Notes: generated by a model from the sequence alone, not told the origin. 64,000 nucleotides of DNA from Candidatus Peregrinibacteria bacterium (GCA_016932495.1 JAFGCR010000002.1:8519-72518); one strand, 5' to 3'; shown: positions 39,315 to 47,747, counted from the first letter of the stretch. Numbers and translations: made by a program.

Positions 39315-39455
39315 GGGGTGGTAGCTCAGTCGGGAGAGCAGTTTACAGCGATTAAGGATCTGACAACAGAATCCTGATCAACATCAGAGGCCTCGGTTTT
39401 GTTTTCAGGTCTCGCTGTAAGCAGGTCGGGGGTTCAATACCCTCCCACTCCACCA
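39315..39455 (+). ncRNA. tRNA-Ala-like RNA (141 nt) with anticodon arm replaced by an extended, branched domain
   Basis: Acceptor GGGGTGG/CCACTCC-A-CCA (G3.U70, A73). D arm GCTC/GAGC. T arm GGGGG-TTCAATA-CCCTC. Anticodon stem extended to GTTTACAGCGA/TCGCTGTAAGC, enclosing 60 nt. Confidence 0.85.
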
Positions 39456-39524
39456 TTCAACAAAGCCCCTTGGGCGGAATGCCTAGGGGTTGCAGAAAGG
39501 CCGGACGTCAAGTCCGTTCTCATA

Positions 39525-39611
39525 GCCGGGTTCGTCTAGCATCCAGGACGCCGATGAACGGGTAAAATCGTTCAGTCGGAAACGTGGGTGAAGATCCCAC
39601 ACCCGGCACCA
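39525..39611 (+). ncRNA. tRNA-Glu-like RNA (87 nt) with extended anticodon arm and non-canonical T loop
   Basis: Acceptor GCCGGGT/ACCCGGC-A-CCA. Glu-type D arm TCGTCTAG..AGGAC. CCGATGAACG-GGTAAAAT-CGTTCAGTCGG. T arm GTGGG-TGAAGAT-CCCAC. Confidence 0.8.
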
Positions 39612-39613
39612 AT

Positions 39614-39686
39614 TGCCTGGTAGCTCAATTGGCAGAGCGGGGGATTCGCAATCTCCAGGTCGCTGGTTCAAGTCCAGCCCAGGCCA
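39614..39686 (+). tRNA. Atypical tRNA, anticodon CGC (Ala) on a non-Ala acceptor stem
   Basis: Full cloverleaf; loop TT-CGC-AA; acceptor TGCCTGG/CCAGGCC (U1:C72 mismatch, C3-G70); no encoded CCA. Confidence 0.8.
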
Positions 39687-39732
39687 CACACGATCGGGTT
39701 AGCTAATTGCGGCAAAACCCGTCACGATACAA

Positions 39733-39770
39733 GGCGGCTCGTTACCTATCGAGCCGCCCTTTCTCTATTT
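39733..39770 (+). terminator. Terminator of the irregular-tRNA unit
   Basis: GGCGGCTCG-ttacctat-CGAGCCGCC followed by CTTTCTCTATTT. Confidence 0.75.
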
Positions 39771-39825
39771 GCATCCATTTGCCTGGCACGGTAAACTGAT
39801 GGCGGTTGATTTAACAAAAAATAAA

Positions 39826-40599
39826 ATGAAAAAATGCATTTGTAATCCATTATTTGATTTAACCGGTAAGGTTGCCATTGTCACGGGTGCCAGCCGGGGT
39901 CTTGGGCTTGCTATGGCCCTTGGGCTTGCTCAGCAGGGAGCGAATATAGTGATTACCGATGTTCTTTCTACCGCAAAAGTAATCAAGAAGGTGGAAGCGT
40001 TGGGTGTTAAGGCATTAGGCCTGAAAGTCGATGTGACCAATCCAAAGCACATTGATGCTATGGTCAAAAAAGTCGTGGGCAAATTTAAGAAAATCGATAT
40101 TCTTATCAATAATGCCGGTGTTTATTACCCCACGCCTATTAAAGATCTGGAAGAAAAGGAATGGGATAAGCTGATCGCCATTAACTTAAAAGGCACCCTG
40201 ATGTGCGCGCGAACTGTTGGCAAACAAATGATTAAGCAGAAGAAAGGAAGTATTGTTAACATAGCCAGTGTGGCTGGCCTGATGGCCTTTGCACAGTCAG
40301 CCGCTTATAACGTTAGTAAGGCGGGAATCATTATGCTCACCAAAACGCTGGCAGCGGAATGGGCGCCGCACGGAATCCGCGTGAACGCGATCTGTCCGGG
40401 CGTTTTTGTTACCGATATGACCAAAGGACTGCTGAAAGATAAAGGTTTCCAGAACATGATCAAAGCCAGCGTCCCCCTGCAGCGTTCCGGCACACCGGAT
40501 GAATTGGCGGGTGCCGCGGTTTATTTGGCCTCTGATGCCGCCAGTTATACCACTGGCCACGCGCTGGTGGTGGATGGCGGATGGACAACACATTTATAG
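39826..40599 (+). CDS. SDR family oxidoreductase (KduD/gluconate-5-dehydrogenase-like)
   Basis: TGASRGLG, NNAG, YNVSK, VDGGW. Confidence 0.92.
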   Translation: MKKCICNPLFDLTGKVAIVTGASRGLGLAMALGLAQQGANIVITDVLSTAKVIKKVEALGVKALGLKVDVTNPKHIDAMVKKVVGKFKKIDILINNAGVYYPTPIKDLEEKEWDKLIAINLKGTLMCARTVGKQMIKQKKGSIVNIASVAGLMAFAQSAAYNVSKAGIIMLTKTLAAEWAPHGIRVNAICPGVFVTDMTKGLLKDKGFQNMIKASVPLQRSGTPDELAGAAVYLASDAASYTTGHALVVDGGWTTHL

Positions 40600-40623
40600 T
40601 TTACCTTTTAATCGATATTAAAA

Positions 40624-41562
40624 ATGAAGAAAATGACTAATCCAAAAGTCCGTAAAACCCGTATCGCGGTGGTCGGCATCGGTATGGTGGGCTCCTCTTT
40701 CGCGTACGCGGCCATGATCAAGGGGCTGGCGGCAGAGCTCATATTAATTGATGTTAGCGAAGAGCGTGAGGAGGGGGAAGTGATGGATCTGGCTCATGGG
40801 CTGATCGGCACGGAGACCGGTGATGTGCGGGGTGGTCATTTAAGGGATTGTGGCGATGTGGATATTATCGTCATTACCGCGGGGGTGGCCCAGAAACCGG
40901 GTGAAACACGCCTTGATTTAATCAAAAAGAACACCAAAATCATGAAGGGGATCATTAAAGAAATGGGAAAACTCCGTTCCGATACGGTGGTGATCATTGT
41001 CTCTAATCCGGTTGATGTTTTAACCTATATTGCTCAGCAGTATATCAAGCTCCCTAAAGGTCAGATATTCGGTTCCGGCACGTCGCTCGACACATCCCGC
41101 CTGCGTTACATCATCAGTCAGAAACTGGGGGTTAATCTGCACAATGTGCATGGATATGTGATGGGGGAGCACGGGGATAGTGAATTTGTACCCTGGAGCA
41201 TTGCCAATGTATCCGGTCTGCCGATTAAAAAAATGCTGACTGCTAAAGATATGCATGCTATTGAAAAGCAGACGATGCGTGCGGCGTATGAGATCATTCA
41301 GCGGAAACGCGCCACGTATTACGGAATCGGTGTGGTGATCACGGAATTGGTGGAAAATGTCCTTCATGACCGCAAGTTTGTTATTCCAGTCTCTACTGAA
41401 CCGGGAACGGCTTATGGTATTAAAGGGATTTGCTTAGGTGTACCCGCCATTTTAGGCCGGCGCGGTGTGGAGCAGGTGTGGAAGCTGGATCTGACCAAAG
41501 GGGAGATGGAGAAGCTGAAAAAATCTGCCGGGATTTTGAAGAAATATTTGAAATCGATTTAA
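40624..41562 (+). CDS. ldh: L-lactate dehydrogenase
   Basis: GIGMVG, AGVAQKPGETRLDL (Gln at specificity site), GEHGDS, ATYYGIG. Confidence 0.93.
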   Translation: MKKMTNPKVRKTRIAVVGIGMVGSSFAYAAMIKGLAAELILIDVSEEREEGEVMDLAHGLIGTETGDVRGGHLRDCGDVDIIVITAGVAQKPGETRLDLIKKNTKIMKGIIKEMGKLRSDTVVIIVSNPVDVLTYIAQQYIKLPKGQIFGSGTSLDTSRLRYIISQKLGVNLHNVHGYVMGEHGDSEFVPWSIANVSGLPIKKMLTAKDMHAIEKQTMRAAYEIIQRKRATYYGIGVVITELVENVLHDRKFVIPVSTEPGTAYGIKGICLGVPAILGRRGVEQVWKLDLTKGEMEKLKKSAGILKKYLKSI

Positions 41563-41665
41563 TAATTTTCAATTTTCAGTTTTCATTTTTCATTTAAATG
41601 GACTACCCTTATTAGTGTCTTATTTTTGGCATTGTTTGAAAATTTATAATTGAAAATTGAAAATT
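41562..41665. repeat. Inverted heptamer array (aattttc family)
   Basis: aattttc aattttc agttttc ... ttgaaaa ttgaaaa tt; half-arrays recur before many r-protein genes. Confidence 0.75.
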
Positions 41666-44447
41666 GTTTAGGAAGCCTTTCGTCGTTCTTGACCTGGAAA
41701 CCAGCGGCATCGATCCCAAGCGCGATGACATCATTGAAGTCGCGATGGTCCGTTATGAGAACGGGAAGGAAGTGAAGCGGTACGATGATCTGATTAAAAT
41801 CGATTACGAGCTTCCTAAGATTATCACAGTCATTACGGGGATCACGGACCAGGACCTGCGGGAAAACGGGCAGGATCGGAAGGCGGTCTTTAAAGAAATC
41901 GAATCGGCTTTACAGGGCGCTTATCTGATTGCCCACAACATTGATTTTGACGCCGGTTTTTTAAAAGCCAAAGGCATTGATCTGGATGTACTGGGGTTCA
42001 TCGATACCATCCCTCTGGCTCAGATCCTTTATTCGCAGGCGGCCAGCTATAGTCTGGAATCGCTGGCGGATGATCTCGACATTAAACATGTAAACAAACA
42101 CCGCGCGATGGGGGATGTGGAGGCGACGCTGGAATTGTTTAAAAAGATGTGTAAGAAAATCGAAACCCTTCCCGATAAATTATTAAAAGACGTTGAAAAA
42201 TATGTGAGCCGGTCGATGTGGGACGGGGGAGCGGTTTTTGAAGGGGTGAAAGGTAAGAATATTACATCTGAAAATACCGTAGGCGGGATTCGCGAATCCC
42301 GCCTCCAGGATAACGGCATTCAAAAACCGCTTGAAGTCGGCGATATTTTGGGGGAAGGCGGTGTTTTCCAGCAGTATTCCGATGACTATGAACCGCGTTC
42401 TCAGCAGGTCCAGATGGCTGAAAATGTGATGAACGCGTTTGACCAAGGTTACCATCTGATCTGCGAGGCGCCTACAGGGGTTGGAAAGTCATTAGCTTAC
42501 CTTACGGCGGCGGCCAATATGGCGATTAAAAATAAATCCAAGGTCGTTATTTCTACGAACACTATCAACCTTCAGGAACAGTTGTTTGAAAAAGATATCC
42601 CTTTGCTTCAGGAACTTTACCGGCACGCCACCAGTCATCCGGGTATTCACGCCGCTCTTTTAAAGGGCCGCACCCATTATTTATGCCTACGCCGGCTGGC
42701 CAAGTTTAAAGAGCGTTCCCGTTTTTCCGATACTGAGATCATCCTGCTTACTAAAATCCTGGTTTGGCAGACTACCACGCTGTCCGATGACTGCGGCGAG
42801 ATACACCTCACGCGCGAAGAGAATATGATCTGGGATTTTGAACTGTGCGCGGACAAAAAATATTGTACTCCCCAAAAGTGTAAAGCGTATGGTGAATGCT
42901 ATTTGCACCGGGCGCGTAAAAAGGCGGAACAGGCGGACATCATCGTGGTCAATCACGCGTTACTCTGCGCGGATCTGGAAAGTGAAGGTGCCCTCCTTCC
43001 GGATTACCAATATCTGGTGATCGATGAGGCACATAATTTTGAATCGGCTTCCACCGACGCGTTCGGCATGTCGCTGAAACAGGAAAATTTCATCCTACCC
43101 TTAAAACTCATCGAGTCCAATCTGGAAACTGTCCAGAAGCGGTATGAAGGCACGCTGTTTGGCGGGCAGATGGCCATGGACCGGATCGGCGATGCCCTTG
43201 AGAATATTGATGGCCTGAAAGATGCGATCGATAACCTGTTTACGGTGATCGCTTTGTTCGTAAACCAGAATGTGCAGGATTCCGGTTATATCGAAAATCT
43301 GCTGGTCGATCAGGGGATTTTAGGGTCGGAAGAATGGCTGAACCTCAGCACGTCTTCCGATGAGACCCTTCGTCGCATCAACCAGTGGCTTCGCACAGTC
43401 AAAGATTTCGTGGAGGCTTGGATGCTGAGCGGGGATGAAGCGTCTGAACAGAATGAATTTATTATGGAAATCCTTCAGGAATCCGAGATCCTCCAGGAAC
43501 AGATGACGGCCCTGAACCATTTTTTCGCGGACGCAGGCACATCCGATTACATCCGATGGATGACTTCTGATTTACAGGGAGTCGTTACCGTTAACCTGGC
43601 GCCGTACCTGCCGGGGGATTATTTAAAAGACCGCCTGTACAGCCAGAAGAAATCCATCATCCTCACTTCAGCCACGCTGGGCGTGAAGTTGTCTGACAAA
43701 AGCTTCGACGCCCCTGAACAGCATCCGTTTACTTATCTCCGCACCATTTTGAGTCTGGATGACCGGTTTGAGGAACTCATTATCGATTCGCCGTTTAATT
43801 TTGAAACGCAGACGTATGTCCTCATTCCCAACGACGCCATTCCTATCACGTCCCCCAAAAGCAACCAGCAGCTGGTGCCCTTTTTTGAACAGCTTATCCG
43901 TAACGTGGGCGGGAATATGATGTCGCTTTTTACGTCGTACAAAATGATCGAGACGCTGTATCTGAATTTAATGGAACCTCTGCAGAACGAAGGCGTCCGG
44001 TTGCTGGCCCAGCGGATCAGCGGAGGGCGGAACAAGATCATGAAGGCGTATTTGAACGACCCGGCTCATTCCATTCTTTTCGGCACAGCCAGTTTCTGGG
44101 AAGGGGTCGATATTAAAGGCGATGCCCTTTCCACACTCGTTATCCATAAACTGCCGTTCGATGTCCCCAGCGACCCCATCTGCAAAGCCCGGAGCCAGAT
44201 GTTTAACAATGGCTTCTTTGAATATCTCGTTCCCCGCGCCATCCTTAAATTCCGTCAGGGTTTTGGCCGGCTCATCCGCTCCCAGAAGGATTACGGGGTG
44301 ATGATTGTTCTGGATAACCGCGTGCTCACTAAAGAATACGGCAAACTGTTTTTAGAAGCTTTGCCGGAACGGATTACGCTGGAGGAATCAAGGTTGATGG
44401 AGATACCGGATAAGGTGAAGGAGTGGTTGGGGCTGAATAGAAAATAA
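41664..44447 (+). CDS. dinG: DEDDh exonuclease fused to DinG-family helicase
   Basis: DLETSG, AHNIDFD, HRAMGD; EAPTGVGKS, DEAH, FWEGVD, QGFGRLIR; TTG start. Confidence 0.93.
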   Translation: MFRKPFVVLDLETSGIDPKRDDIIEVAMVRYENGKEVKRYDDLIKIDYELPKIITVITGITDQDLRENGQDRKAVFKEIESALQGAYLIAHNIDFDAGFLKAKGIDLDVLGFIDTIPLAQILYSQAASYSLESLADDLDIKHVNKHRAMGDVEATLELFKKMCKKIETLPDKLLKDVEKYVSRSMWDGGAVFEGVKGKNITSENTVGGIRESRLQDNGIQKPLEVGDILGEGGVFQQYSDDYEPRSQQVQMAENVMNAFDQGYHLICEAPTGVGKSLAYLTAAANMAIKNKSKVVISTNTINLQEQLFEKDIPLLQELYRHATSHPGIHAALLKGRTHYLCLRRLAKFKERSRFSDTEIILLTKILVWQTTTLSDDCGEIHLTREENMIWDFELCADKKYCTPQKCKAYGECYLHRARKKAEQADIIVVNHALLCADLESEGALLPDYQYLVIDEAHNFESASTDAFGMSLKQENFILPLKLIESNLETVQKRYEGTLFGGQMAMDRIGDALENIDGLKDAIDNLFTVIALFVNQNVQDSGYIENLLVDQGILGSEEWLNLSTSSDETLRRINQWLRTVKDFVEAWMLSGDEASEQNEFIMEILQESEILQEQMTALNHFFADAGTSDYIRWMTSDLQGVVTVNLAPYLPGDYLKDRLYSQKKSIILTSATLGVKLSDKSFDAPEQHPFTYLRTILSLDDRFEELIIDSPFNFETQTYVLIPNDAIPITSPKSNQQLVPFFEQLIRNVGGNMMSLFTSYKMIETLYLNLMEPLQNEGVRLLAQRISGGRNKIMKAYLNDPAHSILFGTASFWEGVDIKGDALSTLVIHKLPFDVPSDPICKARSQMFNNGFFEYLVPRAILKFRQGFGRLIRSQKDYGVMIVLDNRVLTKEYGKLFLEALPERITLEESRLMEIPDKVKEWLGLNRK

Positions 44448-44494
44448 TTCCAAATAACTGATATTTAAATATTTTTATATCAGTTTTTTCGTTT

Positions 44495-44589
44495 ACGCGT
44501 ATGCGCCCCCTTCATTCTGGGGTAAGTGGGCCCTAAAGGGCCTGAAGAAGGGAAAGAAAAGAATTATAAGAAAAGAAACGGAAGAAAAA
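44495..44589 (+). repeat. Hairpin plus polypurine dispersed repeat, copy D
   Basis: GCCCCCTTCATTCTGGGGTAAG...GAAGGGAAAGAAAAGAATTATAAGAAAAGAAA. Confidence 0.7.
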
Positions 44590-44599
44590 TATCGACATT

Positions 44600-44632
44600 A
44601 AATAAGAGGGTGACACCATTGGCGTCACCCCT
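44600..44632 (-). terminator. Hairpin terminator after the small ORF 44658..44777
   Basis: Minus strand GGGTGACGCCA-A-TGGTGTCACCC followed by TCTTATTT. Confidence 0.6.
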
Positions 44633-44657
44633 GATAAGAACCCGCATAATCGCCTCG

Positions 44658-44777
44658 TTACCGGATGAGGCAGTAGTAGACCGCGAAGCCGATGCCGATG
44701 ACCAGTGAGCTGGTGAAGACCCAGGTGATGCACCGTTCGGCGCTCGGATGGACAGAGCCTCCTCCGCTGATCGCCAT
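44658..44777 (-). CDS. Unannotated 39-aa membrane peptide (type I toxin-like candidate)
   Basis: AAGGAGG 5 nt before ATG; MAISGGGSVHPSAERCITWVFTSSLVIGIGFAVYYCLIR*. Confidence 0.65.
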   Translation of the reverse strand: MAISGGGSVHPSAERCITWVFTSSLVIGIGFAVYYCLIR

Positions 44778-44879
44778 GACTTCCTCCTTGGCAAGCGGGT
44801 TAAAAAACCAGTTTTTTGAGCCACTTATGGCTCGTAAACATGGGATTGCAGTTTAGAGGTGATTTATTTTCAGGTCAAA

Positions 44880-45227
44880 TTAAAGATCTGCGATGGTTTT
44901 AATCAGCTGATCGTCCAATTCGGGCGCCTTTGGATCCAGAATTTTTAATCGCCTAAGGCAGGCGCGCATGGTGTCGCGCAGTATGGCTATTTGGCTATAA
45001 ACTTCCTCCTGTTCTTCTTCCAGCGGTTTTAGAGGGTGCTGAATGGTGGGGACTTCTTTCGGATCGATGAGCAGTTTCTTCACATCTCTTCTCATTGTTT
45101 CCTCCTCCTGTAATACTAAATGGTCGCCCAATAAGGCGATGGCCACCTTTTTGATGTCATCGATTTTTTTTCTTGTTTCTGCAAGGTCCCCCTCAAAGGG
45201 ATGTAGGTCCAAACGGAGTGCTTCCAT
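44880..45227 (-). CDS. Hypothetical helical protein
   Basis: 115-aa ATG ORF with AT-rich leader. Confidence 0.6.
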   Translation of the reverse strand: MEALRLDLHPFEGDLAETRKKIDDIKKVAIALLGDHLVLQEEETMRRDVKKLLIDPKEVPTIQHPLKPLEEEQEEVYSQIAILRDTMRACLRRLKILDPKAPELDDQLIKTIADL

Positions 45228-45347
45228 GACTTTATTAGGTTAAAAATAAGTGAATGGATATTCTTTATAATATATTTTTGGTAGTTTTGTCAAATTCTTA
45301 TATTAATATAATATAATAAAATAAAAATACTGCAATGTTTTAGAGTA

Positions 45348-45376
45348 TTGACTTTTGTTGACAACGTGACTAAAAT
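45348..45376 (+). promoter_or_regulatory. Promoter of the V/A-ATPase operon
   Basis: TTGACT-N17-TAAAAT. Confidence 0.7.
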
Positions 45377-45397
45377 ACCTCCCGCAATTTTACCACT

Positions 45398-45739
45398 ATG
45401 CCCTCTAAAACCATGAGTGACCAAAGTCATTTTATCGGACAGATCCAGCAAAAAGAAAAGGAGGCAGCAAAAATGATCGAAAAAGCTGAAAAAGATAACA
45501 ATCAGCGTGTTTCGTCCGCTGCCGAAGAAGCCGGCCAAATCGTTATAGAAGCCGAAGAGGAAGCCAAAAGGAACGGTCAGGAGCGGTTCCAGAAAGCCAA
45601 AGAGAAGGCTAAGCAGGAATACAAACGTATTTTAGCGGAATCCGATGCCAAACGCCGTGAGGTAACCGGGGGCGGCAAAGCAAATCTCGATAAAGCCAAA
45701 AAACATATTCATCAGGCTTTTGTCGGTTTATTCGAATAA
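45398..45739 (+). CDS. V/A-type ATPase peripheral stalk subunit G/H
   Basis: Ala/Glu/Lys coiled coil, first gene of the operon. Confidence 0.8.
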   Translation: MPSKTMSDQSHFIGQIQQKEKEAAKMIEKAEKDNNQRVSSAAEEAGQIVIEAEEEAKRNGQERFQKAKEKAKQEYKRILAESDAKRREVTGGGKANLDKAKKHIHQAFVGLFE

Positions 45740-45757
45740 AACTTCACCTTTTCTTGT

Positions 45758-47746
45758 ATGGCTGTTGTTCCCATGCAAAAAATCAATTTATGGCTGCATA
45801 AAGAAGATAAGGCTAAAGCGCTGGTTTTTTTGCAAAGCAAAGGGGTTTTACACCTTACAGAAGTATCATCTGGCCACGAAGCCTTAAAGCCTATGGGGGC
45901 GGATGAAACCGGCCATGAGCTTGAAATGGAAGTGGCACAGCTGGATTTCGCGGTGAATTTTCTGGTCCAATACGAAGTGCCTAAAAAGGGCCTGCAGGCC
46001 AAGATCGACGGCCCCAGCGTGAAGGCTCATATCAATGAAGTGGAAGATACTGTTAAAAGTTTTAAATATAAAGATGTTGTGGCTCGCTGTCAGTCAGTTG
46101 AAGAGCAGCTGGTCAACCTTCATAACGAACAGAAAGCCCTTGAAGCGGATAAGGAAAAACTGTTCCCCTGGCGTTATTTAACCTGCGCGCTTGATTCCCC
46201 GCGTGAAACCCGGAACGTCGCCTCTCTTTTTGTTACACTTGCCCTCAAGGACTGGGAGGAGTTCAAAACGGAATTAGTCGCCATTTCCCCCCTGATCGTT
46301 TTGGAATGCGACAATATTGTGGATATCCGTGTGTATGTGCATATTATTTGTGATCTTACGGTTGTGCCGGACATCAATAGTCTGATCGGCACTTATAAGG
46401 CGGAGCGGGTGGAGCTTCCTGAAGCTAAGGGCAGTGTGACGGATGAATTGGACCGCATCGATAAACGATTGAAAGAAATCCACGATCGTCAGGCTCAGCT
46501 AAAAGAGGCGGCTCAGGAGCTTTCCAAAGATCTGCCCAAACTCCGGATGGCATACGATTTCGTTAATTGGAAGCACCTTCAGAAAAAGGCACGCCGGAAG
46601 TTTCTTGCGACCGATTCTGCGGTCCTGATTTCCGGCTGGATGCCGAAAGAAGGCGTACCTAAAATCCGTGAAGAGCTTCTCAAAATCACCAAAAACTTTG
46701 AATTGCTCGACGTGGAGCCGGATGAAGGCGAGTCTGCACCTGTTTTACTGAAACACCGTCGTTTTTTACAGCCTTTCCGTTCAGTGACGGATGTCTACGG
46801 CCTGCCGCTTTATCATGAAGCGGACCCCACTCCTTATCTGGCCGTCTTTTTCATTGTTTACTTCGGTATGTGTTTAACCGATGCGGGTTACGGGCTTATT
46901 ATGTTCGCGGCCACCTGGGCCATTCTGAAATATCTGAAAATCCCGAAAAGCATTGAAAATTTGGTGCGTCTTTTGATGTATGGCGGCCTCCTTACTTTTA
47001 TTATGGGTATTCTGTTTGGCGGCTGGTTTGGCATGACGCCCGACCAGGCTCCCGGGTTTATGACGGCCGTCCGCGGAGAGAAGCTTATGTTCATCGGACA
47101 GGTTTTTGATCCTTTGGGAAACGCTTTGTCTGTCCTGATCCTTTCGCTTTCGCTGGGTTTTATCCAGGTTTTATTCGGGGTGTGGCTTAATTTTTTCCAT
47201 AATTTCCGGCATATCGGCAAAAAAGACGCGTTGCTCGACAACCTGCCATGGGCGTATCTGCTGACCGTCATCGGTCTGTTTATTCTGCTGAAGGCCGGCC
47301 TGCTCCCGGAAATCCTTGCGTCTGCAATCACCCCCCTCCTTTACGCGGGCATTATTTCCCTTGTTCTCACGCAGGGTCGCAAAAAATCCAATATTATCGC
47401 GAAATTTTTCTCAGGGCTATTGAGCCTTTACAACCTGGTCGGTTACATGAGTGATGTTCTCTCCTATTCCCGTTTACTGGCACTTGGTCTGGCTACAACC
47501 ATTATCGGCATGGCCGTTAACACCATTGCCAGTCTGGCTAATGGTATCCCTTATGTCGGAATCATTTTCGCCATTATTATACTGATCGGCGGGCATATCT
47601 TTAACCTCGGCATTAACGCGCTCGGCTCCTTTATCCACTCTGGCCGTCTCCAGTTTGTGGAATTTTTCGGGAAGTTCCTTGAGGGGGGCGGCGCGCCATT
47701 CAGGCCGTTTGCGCGCGAATCGAAATTTGTTCATTTAAAAAAGTGA
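45758..47746 (+). CDS. ntpI: V/A-type ATPase subunit I (a)
   Basis: DAGYG, SDVLSYSRLLALGL, RLQFVEFFGKF. Confidence 0.96.
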   Translation: MAVVPMQKINLWLHKEDKAKALVFLQSKGVLHLTEVSSGHEALKPMGADETGHELEMEVAQLDFAVNFLVQYEVPKKGLQAKIDGPSVKAHINEVEDTVKSFKYKDVVARCQSVEEQLVNLHNEQKALEADKEKLFPWRYLTCALDSPRETRNVASLFVTLALKDWEEFKTELVAISPLIVLECDNIVDIRVYVHIICDLTVVPDINSLIGTYKAERVELPEAKGSVTDELDRIDKRLKEIHDRQAQLKEAAQELSKDLPKLRMAYDFVNWKHLQKKARRKFLATDSAVLISGWMPKEGVPKIREELLKITKNFELLDVEPDEGESAPVLLKHRRFLQPFRSVTDVYGLPLYHEADPTPYLAVFFIVYFGMCLTDAGYGLIMFAATWAILKYLKIPKSIENLVRLLMYGGLLTFIMGILFGGWFGMTPDQAPGFMTAVRGEKLMFIGQVFDPLGNALSVLILSLSLGFIQVLFGVWLNFFHNFRHIGKKDALLDNLPWAYLLTVIGLFILLKAGLLPEILASAITPLLYAGIISLVLTQGRKKSNIIAKFFSGLLSLYNLVGYMSDVLSYSRLLALGLATTIIGMAVNTIASLANGIPYVGIIFAIIILIGGHIFNLGINALGSFIHSGRLQFVEFFGKFLEGGGAPFRPFARESKFVHLKK

Positions 47747-47747
47747 T

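Noticed and set aside
39315..39455. tmRNA (ssrA) or group I intron-containing tRNA
   Set aside because: Only 141 nt, has a full D stem and no tag frame or pseudoknots; a 60-65-nt insert is too short for a group I core, and no clear bulge-helix-bulge motif was seen.
39483..39689. 68-aa minus-strand ORF
   Set aside because: It is the antisense shadow of the tRNA-like genes.
44526..44824. Tracked ORFs 44526..44708, 44533..44733, 44564..44824, and an RNase P/SRP call for this GC-rich stretch
   Set aside because: No RNase P or SRP signature; the 39-aa frame with a perfect SD explains the region better.
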